This document shows, in pieces, positions 38,101-51,549 of a stretch of DNA of 64,000 nucleotides (within the stretch, counting starts at the first letter, position 1; the number at the start of each line of letters is the position of its first letter). The stretch is from positions 3,224,001 to 3,288,000 of the forward strand of contig CM120640.1 in assembly GCA_051362555.1 (NCBI GenBank). The letters run 5' to 3'. The notes under the pieces are model-generated. The model saw only the letters and a program-made list of their open reading frames with translations, ran no database searches and was not told the origin of the DNA. This DNA is from Lingula anatina. Taxonomy: Eukaryota > Animalia > Brachiopoda. The translations under genes and the position numbers were made by a program.

Positions 38101-41100
38101 TCTAAATACCCAAACTTTCCATACTCTTGTTCTAGAGGGTTGTCTCTGGCATCTTTCTGAGAATCTTCTGCTCTGGGAGGTGTGTCTGCTTTCGAATCCT
38201 GGAAACCATTTTTGTGTGCCATCTTGTCCACCCACACCGTGCCCCCATCACTCACAAAGTAGAGCTCGTTAAACAGGGCAGACTTATACCAGTCAGGGAG
38301 GTGCCTTAGGGAAAACAAGTGTGAAACTCTCAAAAAAAGTGTCAAAACTTACATAGAATACAAAATAATGATGGTTTCAAATAGATATTCACTATACAAG
38401 AAAAAATGAGTGGCAAGGATTTGAGAATATTGAATTAAGGGCAGAGTGCTGAGGGCGCTATATAATATGCAGGACATAGTTATGATTTTTTTTGCTCCTT
38501 GTCAAGCTACTGGTAAGAAGACCTCATAATGCACTCTTCAGGACATTTTAGCACTCATTATTTCTCTTCAGTACTTTTTAGCACTTCTTATTCCATCTAA
38601 ATACATCCATATTAAGTATAATGTAACATGCTGTATATATAAAACTACCTATTCTGTACAATTGGTTTCTGCCATTCGTCAATCTTCTTCTCCCATATAT
38701 GGTAGTTGTTCAGTGTGTGGCTGGCCAGATGAGGAGAGGCGTTCCCTGAACTGCCAAACCAGCGAGTGTACCGCCTGGAAGGGGATGAGAAAGGGGCATT
38801 TAAGATCAACTTATATAATGTAACAAATTGCCAAACAAAAACATGCAAAATCTTATGATGGAAAAGTGATAAATATGTTCTAAAATACCTGTCATTTTAG
38901 CAAACTAAACAGTTTCTTGAAAACTATCAAACTGAAGGACTTTACAGCACAGTTATCAAAAAAGAATGCTTCACCTTGTCTAACATAAGATACCAATAGT
39001 TCAAAAATTCGACGTGATCTTCTGAAGAAGTTCAACATTCAACACAATGAACCAGTACAACTATCACACCTGACACAAAGAAACAGAACAACTGCCACAT
39101 CTAACACAATGAAATAGTACATGTGTCACACTTAACACATTGAGCTAGTACAAGTGTCACACCTAACACAGTCTACTTTAAAAGCCACAGAATCACATCT
39201 AACACAATCTACCTGCAGTACAACTGCTCCTTGGCACCAAAGTATATCACAGGCATGTCCCATGTAAGACTAAAGTCCATTTGCTGTGTACTTTGAGGCT
39301 TTACATGACATTTGGCACACACAGCTGTGGCAAGTTCCTGGCCTCTAGAAGTCTTTGGACTAGGGTCTGAAGGCAAACAATAGGGAGAATGTTGGGGAAC
39401 ACAAAATCAATGAAATATTACGCTATCCAGACCTATTGATAAAAAATACTTTTACATCTTATATAATGGAACATTAAACATATTATAAACTGCTCCACAT
39501 AGTCCACACACACACACAATGATAAAACTAAAAGATCTATATATAGTGAATCTAATACAAAGGCATATGTAGCACACTGGTATATCTAAGCACAGCTGAC
39601 ACATTGAGAACACCTAACACAATGGCACATCTACCACACTACCTGGACATGAATCCAGCTCCCCGTCCTCCAGAAGATCTCGCCACACATTCACAGCAGG
39701 ACTGTTAGGGTCAAAGGAGACTTTGTGACTTACTTGCACCCCCTCCTGGAAATTATCAGAAATATTACAGTTTTGTTATAATAAATGAGCATTTTATGAC
39801 GCTTTATGCCAAATTATCCTTATAACAAGCTTTCCTGCCAGTCGTCAATCTAATGTATTACAAGATATATTATTAATCTCTACTCAATATTCTATCTGTT
39901 TTTAATATTATAGCACCATGTTATCAGGTAAAACCAGCATCAACATACCCTGTGAGAGGCAGCCACAGCATAAGTACATCCCATTTCTTTGAATGTCTGA
40001 TGTATCATGACACCAGAGACCTTGGTTGCATTGTGTGTGGATTCAAAGGGTTCATTCCACACTCCACCCTTCTTGTCCTCCCGAATACCCTGACCATTCT
40101 TGAATGTGAACATTATGCTGACATCTACGGGCTCACTACCCTGGTTTTCTATGCTCCATATGAAGGCAGCTGCTGGAAGACTGGTGTCCTAGAATATATA
40201 AAATAACTAGAGGATCAGAGGGACAATACCATCTCCTGGGTAAGTACCACCAGCTGGATTAGATAGCTGCTGGAAGACTGGTGTTCTTAAATACAAATAA
40301 TTCAGAAAAAATATGACCACATTTTCTTTTTATTTCATTTTTTTTCAGGCTGTAGACTCTTAGTACCTGGTGTCGAAAAAGGTTATTAAGCAAAAAAGAT
40401 TTTGGCACAGAATTAAACATTCTCTTCCAATTCCCCCATCACTGATAGCAGAATCAGATTTGTCTACATTTGAGGAAAGTGGAGGCACCCTGCCCTATAC
40501 ATCCAACAAATAAATGTGAAAGAATCTGCATATATATATACAACTTACCTTATAATCATGAGGGAATACTGGAGAAACCTGTCTACAGATTAACCGTATA
40601 TTCTGGCCTGGCAAATCATATGTTGTCCAAGACCTAGGATATAGGGCATGATAGGTGGCATACTCTCCATGAAAGGCCCAATTCCAGGCAGTGAGCCCAG
40701 GACCCTTGGGTCTGTGGGGGGACAACACCTGCTGATACACTGTTTGTCCTTTCCTCCTTACACACACTGTGAACTGGAAGAAAGTTACACACCTTATCAC
40801 TGAGACTCTGAGGCTCTTGTATATCACAAACAGTGGTCAACTACTACTTCTTGCAATGGGTTTGATACTGCAACCAAGCTATGAATTCTAGTAATTACAA
40901 CATATTAGTATGCTTTCAATAACCAAAGCAACAATTTGTTTTATAATTTGGGCATATATAAAAATATAACCGTTTCCTTACCTGATTAGCTTCCACCACA
41001 TGCCACTGGTAGATGCCAGGGACCATCTGAAACCTGCAGAATTCTCCCTTGAACCCTCGGCCTATGGTGCCACAGCCAATGCCTCCAACAGGGGCACCTG

Positions 41101-44100
41101 CAATAGGGTACCAATGGATTTTTACTTCTACTGAGCAAATATGATTTCTATCTGAAGGTCTCTCTCTATCCAGCATGTCTACAAACTCTTTCCCATCAGA
41201 CTTAAAGCAAGGAAATCAAATTTATATTAATTCTGCAATCTTTCTTTACCTTAAAAGTGTTTCTTAAAAAATTATGAAATGTTGCAATATCATTTTTATT
41301 TCTTTTTAGAAACACTAAATGTTAAATGATTTGCCTATGAAATTTTGGTGTAAAAAATGTACTGAATTTTACTTGAGCCGAAATAAATGCATGTACAAGC
41401 CATCACTCTTTGAGTCATAAAGTCAAAGGTTATAAAAAAATAATAAATGTGCTTTACAAACTTTTTACAGCAAAGAGGGCGATTATTTGTATTATTTGTA
41501 TTTTATGCTTTATGTAAAAAGTACTATTTTTCAACAAAAGAATTAATTTTATATCATTTTAAAGGATGCAACATGCAGTTGGGATACAATATCTTAAAAG
41601 ATTGGCTATCTACAAAGATAATGACAAGATTTATGAAAACAAAAATATCATAAAGAATTAAATGAAAATTAATTAATGACCTCACCATATATAGGCTGGT
41701 AAGGAACAACCTTAACCTGATCAATAAAAATCCTCTTTCCTTCTCTTCTTTTCTTTAACCAGAAAAGACCATACCTGGAAAAAATGATACAATCATAAAA
41801 TAATGTTGATATACATGATTAAATATGCGGTTGAATTTTTTTCATTCATGTATAATGTTGTATGATATTGCACAGGTACTACTGGGTCCAAAATATGACT
41901 GATATTATAGTGACTCAAACCATCTCTATCTTGCCAAACCCCCAAGGTGATTACCAGTACAGAAATATGCTTTTGGATATCATAGGTGAGTCATTTCCGC
42001 ACCTCCCTGTAGGGCAGTAAAAGTTCTGACATGGTTATCTTGCCAGGATCTACAGATCTTTGAACATGTAACAATGTATGTAGACATCTTATGGCAAAGA
42101 TCTTAGGCTCTATTCCCATAGATCTTAGATCGATCTATCCCTGCGGGGAGTCTCACTAGATTACTTTCAGATAATCCGACTTAAATGTCCGTCCCGCCTA
42201 CTACAAGCTGTAAGAGGGTAATTAACTTTCGTGTCCGCCCGGCTGACAGCTATTTAGCGTGAACCCCCAGGGAGTTAGGTCGATCTAAAGTAGGTCGATC
42301 TAATCTATGGAAATGGGGTGTAAGATCCATAAGCTACCAACTCCACCAATAGGTGAAAATAGCTGAGAGTATGGAGACTATCGCTGTCCCTATCATATAA
42401 TCCTAATATAATCCTAATAATAATATAAACTTAAACCATGGCTAGCGCATAGAACAAAAGACTCGGCCGTGCTGTATGCGACATACAAGCACGTCATGTA
42501 CGAGTGCGTTCCACGGTCTGTTGCACTACTAGTGTAGTAGCCAATCAGAGGCCGTGGTTTAAGCCAGATACAACACTCGTCGCCGAGCTGTACGTGAAAA
42601 TTACTCGTGTATTGTCTCGCCAGCGGCTCGCCAATATACTCGTAATATTTCATGTACAGCTCGGCGACTCGTACTGTATCTATCACTTATAACCTATATT
42701 TAAAGCATGTGTCTTCTGTAGAATTCTTTGCCAGAAGCAGACAAAGATTAATATTTGTGTTGGGCAAGGGTTTTCCCAGCAAACTGTCCAGCCATCATTT
42801 AGACAAGTGGTCAGCATCATCAGATGACCTAAATTTTCAAAGACTGCTGGACGGCTTATTGATTTTTTTTTTTTTTCAATGACGGCTTTAGACATACTTG
42901 TATTCCCTGAAATTTTGTAGGATTTTACAGGTGATAATTTTGGACAGCCTGTACCTCCAATCCTGGAAAAAGCCCTGGTATAGGGTATTCCTGTTAAGTT
43001 TAGCAAGTGCAGATACATTTGGCAATGTGTTGTGTTATTTTTGCCCAAGGAGCATATGAAACCGGTTCTCATTTGGCATTCAACTCTTCTAGCTTTGTTG
43101 CCAGACATCTGTAATCAACTGCTGAAAATATGCACAAGATTTGAAAATATATTGATGGATTTTTAGATAAGCCACAATAACCATTTTACCACAGAGTACA
43201 CTGAACCACTCATAAATGCCTGGAGCACTTGTTCATGGGTAACTGAATTAATGGTCTTTACAGGGCTTTAATTCTATTACACAGCCAAATTATCTAATTA
43301 GTGCACAAAAGAGAATCTCCCATAACCAGAAGGATAGTGATCTATGCAGCCTGCAGTGTAAGTGAGTGTACTGTCCCTGGGGGCTATTACACAGACAGAG
43401 TAGCAGGTGCTTGAGACAGCCAGATAATGTGTGCTGTGCTTCTGTGCTACTGGAACAACCAACACACAGCATCCAAGTGATCCAACCATACTGGATCTCC
43501 TGGGTGACTGGGGGAGAAGTAGATTACACATTGATTTCCAGTCTGGTAATCTCAGGACTAAGTAGACTATATACAATATTCACAAACTTCCATGTAGTGT
43601 GAATGAAAAATAAATAAGAAAATGACTAGACCAAGAAGGATCTATAGACCATCCTTGATAGGGCTCTGCTTGTTCAAAACACTTTTCATCACTACAAAGA
43701 AATATATTGTCAAGTAAAACACATGAAGAGAAGAGAAGACATGAGCATTAAGAATATGGTAAAAGATCCAATAAATTTAAAATCCTTGCTTATCTGTTAA
43801 ATTATTTGTACTTTAACATTCACATTATTGAGTGAACTATTCATAAACTAATTCAGATGGTCTTCAGGATCTTGTGGGTAAACATTAAAAAACGTATTCA
43901 GAGACACTCAAACAATATAGAATGGTTTACATATTTCTTATTTACTTGGAAAGGCTGCCAACTTGGAGTGGATTATTGACTGTGTAACTAGGCTGCCAGA
44001 TATGTGACCCTGTATTAAATCAACACAATAAAAAACAGGCAACAAAGAAACCAGCAAACAATTTTATCAGCACTGTTGTGCACTCACAGTTACAAATAAT

Positions 44101-44785
44101 CAATTCTTCTAACAACAGCTAAAAATCAAAATCAATTTTATACAGAGACTGCGTATGTAAAAATAAAAAGAGCAAACGTTCACACAGAAATGTTGGGACC
44201 ACTCTTGTTGGTTTCTATTTGCCACTGCTTAAAACAACACGGAGGAAAAGAAGGAAAGGGAACAGGAGCCGGAAAGGGGGGGGGGGGGGGAGAGTTTCTT
44301 TCTCACAGTGAGGACTTTTAACATAATCGATATAAATAAAAAGAATTTTGGGATTTTTTAAAAAGAAATACAGGGCTTTTATATGCAGACACAGAATGCA
44401 AGACACTTAATAAAATATGGACCTGTCCTTGTCCTACATAATTCAGAACACATGACAAAGTGTAGCTGAATGCTCATATTTCTACACTGCATTTTTTCTT
44501 GTTATCAAACCAAACAAATGCTGATAATGCTTTTGCCTGTGTGGCTATGGTGAATGTCATGCAAAACTTATGACAAAACATGGCAATTATAAATAAATAA
44601 ATAAAGAAAGAAAGAAAGAAAGAAAGAAAGAAATAATGTTGAAATTGATAATAATGGAAAATTGAGTTCACAATTTTTTGCAAAACAAGCTGGTGCTGGT
44701 TATGCTAGGCATCCCAGCTAAAAACAATAGAAATTAATCACAATTACTCACACAAAGCACCTTATCTGACACAGTCTAAAGCTGG

Positions 44786-44820
<35 letters not shown>

Positions 44821-45150
44821 ATAGACAGCCAGTGACTAATTTTGCATAACCTGGTGAATAAGTATGCACAGAATTTCCAATGAAAGGCACGGCAAATAAA
44901 TTTTTATCTAAATATCGGAATGTGATACACATTAAACAAAAAAGAATTAGAAGTTAAAACAACTTGAGTGTTCTTACCTAAGACTCAGTCCTACTAAAGG
45001 CGCAACCTGGCGTAATCTTGGAGTGACAAAAGGCTTGATATCCTCTTGAAACTCGTGGTCCAGTTTCACGCGCCACCCGTAGTCTGGCACCCCAGGTATT
45101 TTGGCTCGGGATCCCCTTTCCTTAGGTTTTACACCGCCGTGCCCAGCCAT
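35145..45150 (-). CDS. GBA2: Non-lysosomal glucosylceramidase (GH116), 17 coding exons, ~878 aa
   Basis: Exons 44978-45150, 41686-41774, 40982-41097, 40549-40773, 39949-40188, 39643-39745, 39213-39366, 38649-38774, 38099-38304, 37735-37839, 37481-37588, 37038-37189, 36817-36923, 36344-36486, 36027-36136, 35704-35895, 35145-35432. Motifs [90 protein letters not shown]. Confidence 0.97.
37204..37360. repeat. ~30-bp tandem repeat (ACAATTTCAGCTTGTTT.GTTTATTACAA) beside a GBA2 acceptor
   Basis: 4-5 units visible. Confidence 0.8.
42106..42320. mobile_element. MITE, family B copy 1 (related to family A), in GBA2 intron 1
   Basis: Highly similar to 46165-46379; ends GGCTCTATTCC...GAAATGGGGTG; TTA/TAA flanks. 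Confidence 0.8.
42430..42690. mobile_element. CpG-rich repeat with nested inverted repeats (possibly Helentron/HINE-like non-autonomous element)
   Basis: CTTAAACCATGGC/GCCGTGGTTTAAG pair and a ~115-nt hairpin 42566-42681 (GTCGCCGAGCTGTAC.TGAAA...TTTCATGTACAGCTCGGCGAC). Class assignment is a guess. Confidence 0.5.
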
Positions 45151-45531
45151 GTCAGCCGCCAGCTGATGGTTGATGTTGGGGTAAACACCAAACTGTGACA
45201 CGTCACGACATCTTGAGTACGTGGTGGTTTCGCGTCTTACACAAGAGTTAAATAACAAAAGGCAAGCAAATATCAGGTATATTTTGTGAATATTGTGGAA
45301 CAAGTATGCATATAGCATCTTTATTTTTGATGAAGGATTAAGTTTTCTTTTAAAAAACAGATATAACTTTAGAAGGGTCCTGTTGTTTTTGTGTACTACG
45401 TCATTTCCTGTCAGTGCTGCCACGACCGATATCAACAAGGAATGGGCAAATATGTGTGCTGATCTTATCTGTCTTCTATCTGCGGTGTAGTTCCTCTTGG
45501 TTGAAGTAACTCAGTGCTCTAGGAAATATAG
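45151..45531. promoter_or_regulatory. Bidirectional GBA2/RGP1 promoter and probable non-coding RGP1 exon 1 (donor at 45532)
   Basis: CpG-retaining segment upstream of the GBA2 ATG; TGACACGTCA, TTTCGCG, TACGTCA, TTTCCTG, TCAGT motifs; AG|GTAATG donor; the RGP1 ATG at 47002 is preceded directly by an acceptor (TTTTTGCAG). Confidence 0.55.
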
Positions 45532-46164
45532 GTAATGGGGTTATGTTTCATTACTTGTTGAGTTAAATGGCGTAAAGTTACTATGCGAATGGGTAACATT
45601 TGCATCTCAAACTTGTTCGTTGCAAAAATCAGTGACTTCAAGTTGACTCATTAAATTTGAGTATAGGATGGAGGTAAGTTTATAAATGTATTAAGTGTGT
45701 CATAGTATTGCGTTTGAATAAAATTATACTTTCCACATTAATTTCCACTCCTGAACGAGACTTTGCCTTCCTTGACACTAAATAAATAACATCCTGCTGC
45801 TAACACTGTGTCAATTTTTTCTTTTCTTTTTTTTTTTTCATCATAAAATTAATTTTTATGGATGGTTTGCACATGCCTCATAGACTATATAAGTTCAGAT
45901 TGGCTGGACTCAGTAATAGATGACCAGATAGGGTGTTCACAGTAGCAGCAATATGGTCACTTTGTCTTCAAGCAGGTTAATAATAATTTTATCTACATCA
46001 GAATGCAGGTGTTTTAGGAAATCTAAAGGATTATTTGTGACCTTTTATTTGGTTGTAATTTAACATACTAAATACGATATACGAATACGAAATATTGTCA
46101 GAATTCCAACCAAACATTCCCTGTAGGGTTGCATGTTATTTCTTGACACCCTGGCCCTTTCTAA

Positions 46165-46379
46165 GGCTGTATTCCCAGAGCTTTTAGATGGATCTATCCC
46201 TGCGGGGAGTCTCACTAGATTACTGTCAGATAATCCGGCTTTAATGTCTGTCCCGCCTACTATAAGCTGTAAGGGGGTAATTAACTTTCATGTCCGCTTG
46301 GCTGACAGCTATTTAGCGTGAATCCCCAGGGAGTTAGGTCGATCTAAATTAGATCGATCTAATCTCTTGAAATGGGGTC
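46165..46379. mobile_element. MITE, family B copy 2 with TAA TSD, in putative RGP1 intron 1
   Basis: TAA-GGCTGTATTCC...GAAATGGGGTC-TAA; a 3-bp TWA duplication is typical of PIF/Harbinger (Tourist) MITEs. Confidence 0.8.
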
Positions 46380-47001
46380 TAACAGCAAATTGTGGTGGGT
46401 CTGTACACATGAGGCCATCTACATATATTGGTTTTGGGCAGTGGAAGCTCTGACCTGCAATCTTGATAAGTTGGCATGATTTATATAATACACAAATGAA
46501 TGGTATTTGAACTGCAAATCTTTGCCTGTTGGTAAGCAGACTTGTCAAATAATAATTAAATTGGTGGTATTTAAATTCATTGCAAAATGCAGTTAAAGTA
46601 TGAATGAGTAGATATTTCATGTATCTTCCCCTCCCTCCTCCCCCATACACACAAACATGGAAATATGTTTTGCTAATTTTTGCAGGGATGGATAATATCT
46701 TTTAGGTGCTCCTCTGAGTCTCCCTCCTCTCCCCAAGACAGACACATACACACAGCTACTACAAGCTGCTTGTTACTGGGAATTAAACTAATTACTAAAT
46801 TGTTTGTTTTTTGCCAGGTGCAATAAAAGATGTTTGAATAAAATTACATGTTAAATGAATGTTAATTCCTTGTATGCTAAATATATTTGTATTTACTTAA
46901 ACCCGAGTAAATGAATCGAAAGTCTGATTAAATTGTAGATGATACTGTTATCTAAATTTACTGTGCAATGCTTACTTATTAACCATGCTATTTTTGCAGA
47001 G

Positions 47002-50000
47002 ATGATTGAGGTGACTGCTAACTTGGCTAGAGGGTCTACTTTCCTTGCTGGGGAGATACTAGAATGCTATATCACACTTATCAATACAGATAGGGAAGAG
47101 AAGAGGAATCTAGCATACAAGTAAGAGAATTGTCTGGGTTAATCAGATAAACATTGAACATGTGAAGGAGAAAAGCTTTTTTATGGAATATAAGTATAAT
47201 AAAAGTTGACTGTTCGCCATCAGAATATGTGGGACAGTTGTCTTATCATGCACAGACTTGAATATGTAATAATAGGTTTTATAACATATGCAAAATGGGG
47301 TTTAAAAGACTTTATATTAAGTAAACCTTATCAGCCAAAGAAGTGATTAATTTGGTATGATTCTAGGTATCATATAAGAATTGACATTTCCAATTGTGCT
47401 AGATGTGACAGTTGTAATTGTTATTACAGTGACTGTACTCTAGCCTGGGCCAGTGCACAGATACATTGCCAATGTGCCGTCAGTGACTCCAGGGTAGTTT
47501 TGCCAAAATCTGACATCCTTTCTACTGAAGATGTTACTTCTACAGGAGATCAGACATCATTTGTGCCAAGTAAAGGTAAGAGCCCATGAACATGGATACA
47601 GAGTATGGCATAAATGTATGGTCAGTGAATAATTACATTTGATTTTATAATGTGACTTTTTTTGCTGATACATACATGTGTAGTGTAGCCAAGATAACAA
47701 TTCTGAAAATTTGTTCTTTGACTTACTTAGATTATCACAATTTTTATTTTTTAAACCAAGAATGTTATAAACTTTCCAGGGGAAAGAGGTCTTACAGTAT
47801 GGTCTAGCAAACCTAAGATATTATTCTGTGACTTGAGACTCGGGCCAGGAGAGCAAAAAACATGTGAGTGTTAGATTAAGTCACAACTCAAAATTGACTT
47901 TTAAATGGGCGTTCTGTGGTTTAATTTCAGTAAAATACTGAAACTAGTCTCTGGATTTTAAATGATTTGTATATCATTGAAATCATTCCCAATCATTCCA
48001 CAGAGCAAAAAACATGTGAGTATTAGATTAAGTCACAATTCAAAATTGACTTTTAAATGGGCTTTCTGTGGTTTAATTTAAATAAAATACTGAAACTAGT
48101 CTCTGAATTTGAAATGAATTGTATATCATTGAAATCATTCCTAATATATATTGGTTATCAACTTGTCATCATTTTCTTTACGTTAAACTATAGATCTATA
48201 TAAAGAGGGGATTCCAAAAGATGTTCCTCCCTCCTTTAAAGGCCAGTCTGTAAAATACTCATACAAGCTGACCATTGGAACACAAAAACTGGAGTGTCCA
48301 GCAAGGCTACTCAGAGTTCCATTTAGAGTTTTAGTTTTATATGGTGAGTAGTACAGGGTTCTCAACCTTAAACACAATGTATCTGTAAATGCAAGCGAAT
48401 TTTTTTTCTTTCTTTTTTTTAACTATTGGTAGTGACATATTATTTTATCTTTTGACGAGGACAGATGACTGTCCATTTGTCTTCTTTAGCTGACATTAAT
48501 GGCAGCTTTTGTGCTGTAATTCTTCTAACCCTGTGGTTCACCTCTTTTGTGATTTTGTCCTATACGTTTTCTCCTACAATATATCTCCAAACTCAAACAT
48601 TGGTTTCATTGGTTGAAATGGCAATTGAGGGGGGAAAGCATGATGCATTATTCCCCTTGATGAGAGTGAATAATTGGCTGAAGAGCGTAATGTGGATAGG
48701 AATTCAATGAGTGATAGAGTTAAGGCTCTGCAGTTAATCAGAGTAATGAGTATGCAAGGTTATTTATCTCCTAATCACGAGAGCTAACTTCAGTTTTATT
48801 GACAGATGTTTGCTCATTCACAGTTTTGTGCCATATCTGCAAGACCATATAGTTTTCACTGTATTGGACTGTATAGAATAGTTTTGACAGCTGGCATGTT
48901 TTTATTTTTCAAGTGTAAGTTAGTTAACTCTGTTTAATTTTAAATTCAGAATAACACAAAAATTACTTGCGTTAGGGTTTTCTAGGGTTGGAAAAAGCTT
49001 TCTGTGCACAGTGAAATGTCATGTTTCTAGTGTTAAATTTTTTGCAAACAAAAGGGGGAATCTTCATCAAAAAGTTTGTTATCCTTCCTTCATTTTATTG
49101 CTTTATATCCAGGCCTCAATGACTTGAATGTATATGCCAGTGGAGAGGAAGTCACTCCTAGTAATCCATTCCTAGAACAAAGACCCCCAGAAAACACACT
49201 CCTAGAGGTAGCTCTCCAGGTTCTGTCCACAGTAACAGCCAAAAGAAGTCCACGTAAGTAGAGAACCAAACCTGACTTAAACTAAATCTTTGATTTTCCT
49301 TTAAGATAGAATTGAAATAAATGATTATATTGTCTTTTGCATCAGCTGTTGATTCATAATTAAAATGCATTTTTCAGACTGTTTCAACATCACTAATGCT
49401 AGAGGAAAAGTTGCAAGATTGTGCATGTTTAAACAGGCTTTTAAAATAGGAGAAGATATTGTGGGGACATTTGATTTCTCTGATGCCTCAATACCATGTG
49501 TTCAGGTGAGTAAAACTGCATGACAATTTGACCTAAAAGATAAAACATATTGAAGAATTAAAAACTTGAGGTTAAATATTCTGTTATAACAGCTTGCAAA
49601 TTTAGTTGGATGCTCAGTTGTCATCATAGGAGACATTTTATTTAAATATAAATTCTTTAATTATATGCAACTTCTGTAAAATACATGAATAACTTTAGAT
49701 TTACTTAGGATTTCCTGCTTACCTTAGTTTTCAGCTACTCTCCAAAGTGAAGAGCAAATATCAGAAGAGTGCAGGAAGAAGCCAGGGCAGCTCCCAATTA
49801 CCATGTCATACTGCAAGCACCAGGACTTTTGTCTGCATTCCAGGAAAACCCATTTCAGCTTACCCATACCTCTATCAGCTAGTCCAGGCTTTATATCTGA
49901 TATAGGTAAATAACTGATCGTGATTCCCTCAATTTACTGTCAGCACAAGGTGCCACTAAAAGTGACTTCTTAAGGAAGATTTAATTTTACTCCACTCCTA

Positions 50001-50485
50001 AGCAAAAGGTTAAACAAACATCTTCTATAAGTGTTATAGATATTTTTAAAAGGTCCATTCAGTTAATCCTGACCTCAGCTCGAGAAGGTCATGTATTTAG
50101 CCTCACACCTGTGGAATCTTTTCAATTCCCATTGACCATTTTAAATCATCTTTGCAAGCAGTTTCAGATTAACCAGTATGACTTTTATTTTATCCCTGGT
50201 ATGGCAGCATACATATGGATTAGAGTTAATCATTCCATTTATATTTGACATTTAATTTTAGTGACGCTGAAGTGGAAGATCCACTTTGAGTTCATCACCT
50301 CCCAGAATGCCATTCCTCCTCACGCTGCGCCATCCAACCCTGCCGAGTGCTCCACCTGGCGGGGACCTGAGAACCTGGAGGTGGAAACCATGGTGTGGGA
50401 TCTGCCCATCAAGGTGTTCCCCACCAATCCACTGCATGCCTCTAATGTATCACTACTCAAGACTTCCTCCATGGTGGAAATGTAA
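47002..50485 (+). CDS. RGP1: RAB6A-GEF complex partner protein 2 (Rgp1), 8 coding exons, ~389 aa
   Basis: Exons 47002-47120, 47430-47575, 47780-47863, 48194-48343, 49113-49253, 49378-49505, 49728-49905, 50262-50485. Motifs [78 protein letters not shown]. Confidence 0.95.
47850..48142 (+). repeat. 152-bp tandem duplication including the RGP1 exon 3 donor
   Basis: AGAGCAAAAAACAT|GTGAGT...AAATCATTCC occurs at 47850 and 48002. Confidence 0.9.
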
Positions 50486-50945
50486 TGATCACTGAACAAA
50501 TGGATTTTATAGATTACTATCTCAGAATGGCATTGGAAACTTCACACAGATGGACTTGAAATCAATTTATTTTATCTATAATCTGGGTCAACAAGGAGAT
50601 GTGCAATATGTCTTTAATAATGTTGGTAGGAAAAAATTGGCAGACTTTAGGTTCCTTTCTTTCAAAGAACCAACTAAGATTGCAGACAATTCAGAATTTT
50701 ACTTTTTCTAAGCATTACAAATGACTAACATGGATCTGAAAAAGTCTACTTTCTGTCTCCTCTTAATGTGTTCACATATGACCCTGACCAAGTCACCATG
50801 ATGGAACTGTTCATGGATTGTCAGTGGTAATTAGAGTGTTGCATGTCACAACTAGAATAGTACATTTGCCAGGTCAGTGGTAAGATGCGGGACCGGGTAG
50901 ATTCAGGTCTTAATTGTAATGTCAGTTCAACAGTTCTATTGAGGA

Positions 50946-51549
50946 TAACATAACGTCATGTTCCGCTTTCTAGAGATCAGCATGCAGTGTCCTCTCTCTG
51001 AGTACTGACTACTGACTTCTACCTTTATTTCTATCTTTATATACCTTCACATATATAATTACATTACATTGGCTTCCCAGCCAGGTGGGTTGCCAGAGTG
51101 GTCACTTTAATTCAATTACACATGCAATAGGGAAGACTTCCAGACTGAGCACTAAATGGCTTCTACTAGTGGACAATAGGTTGATAACTTAAACTGATTG
51201 ATCAAGGTGAATAATATAGTTACAAGGCAGAGGACCATTCCTAAATACATTTGAGGTGGATGTATTTGTTAATCAAAGATATGGCTTCTTGTTTAATTGA
51301 GTTACCTAGTGTGACGTAGAACAGACTTCTTTAAACTTGACCTGTAAACTGATTATATAAGTATACATCCTAAAAACATTTAACCCGTACATCTATATAA
51401 TTCGGGACACATAATGTTATATAACAACCTTATAAACTTCTGGAAATTAGACTGAATGTAATGGAATTGATCATATTTATAGTTGCTATTTCAATGAAAA
51501 GTTGAGAAAACCGAAAATTCATTTAAGGCATTAAATTACAAGTATGACA
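50946..51549 (-). repeat. 3' LTR (604 bp; TGTCATAC...CGTTATGTTA on element strand)
   Basis: No differences from 58400-59003 found by eye; preceded on the element strand by purine-rich AGAAGGGCCCCAGGGATG (imperfect PPT). Confidence 0.95.
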
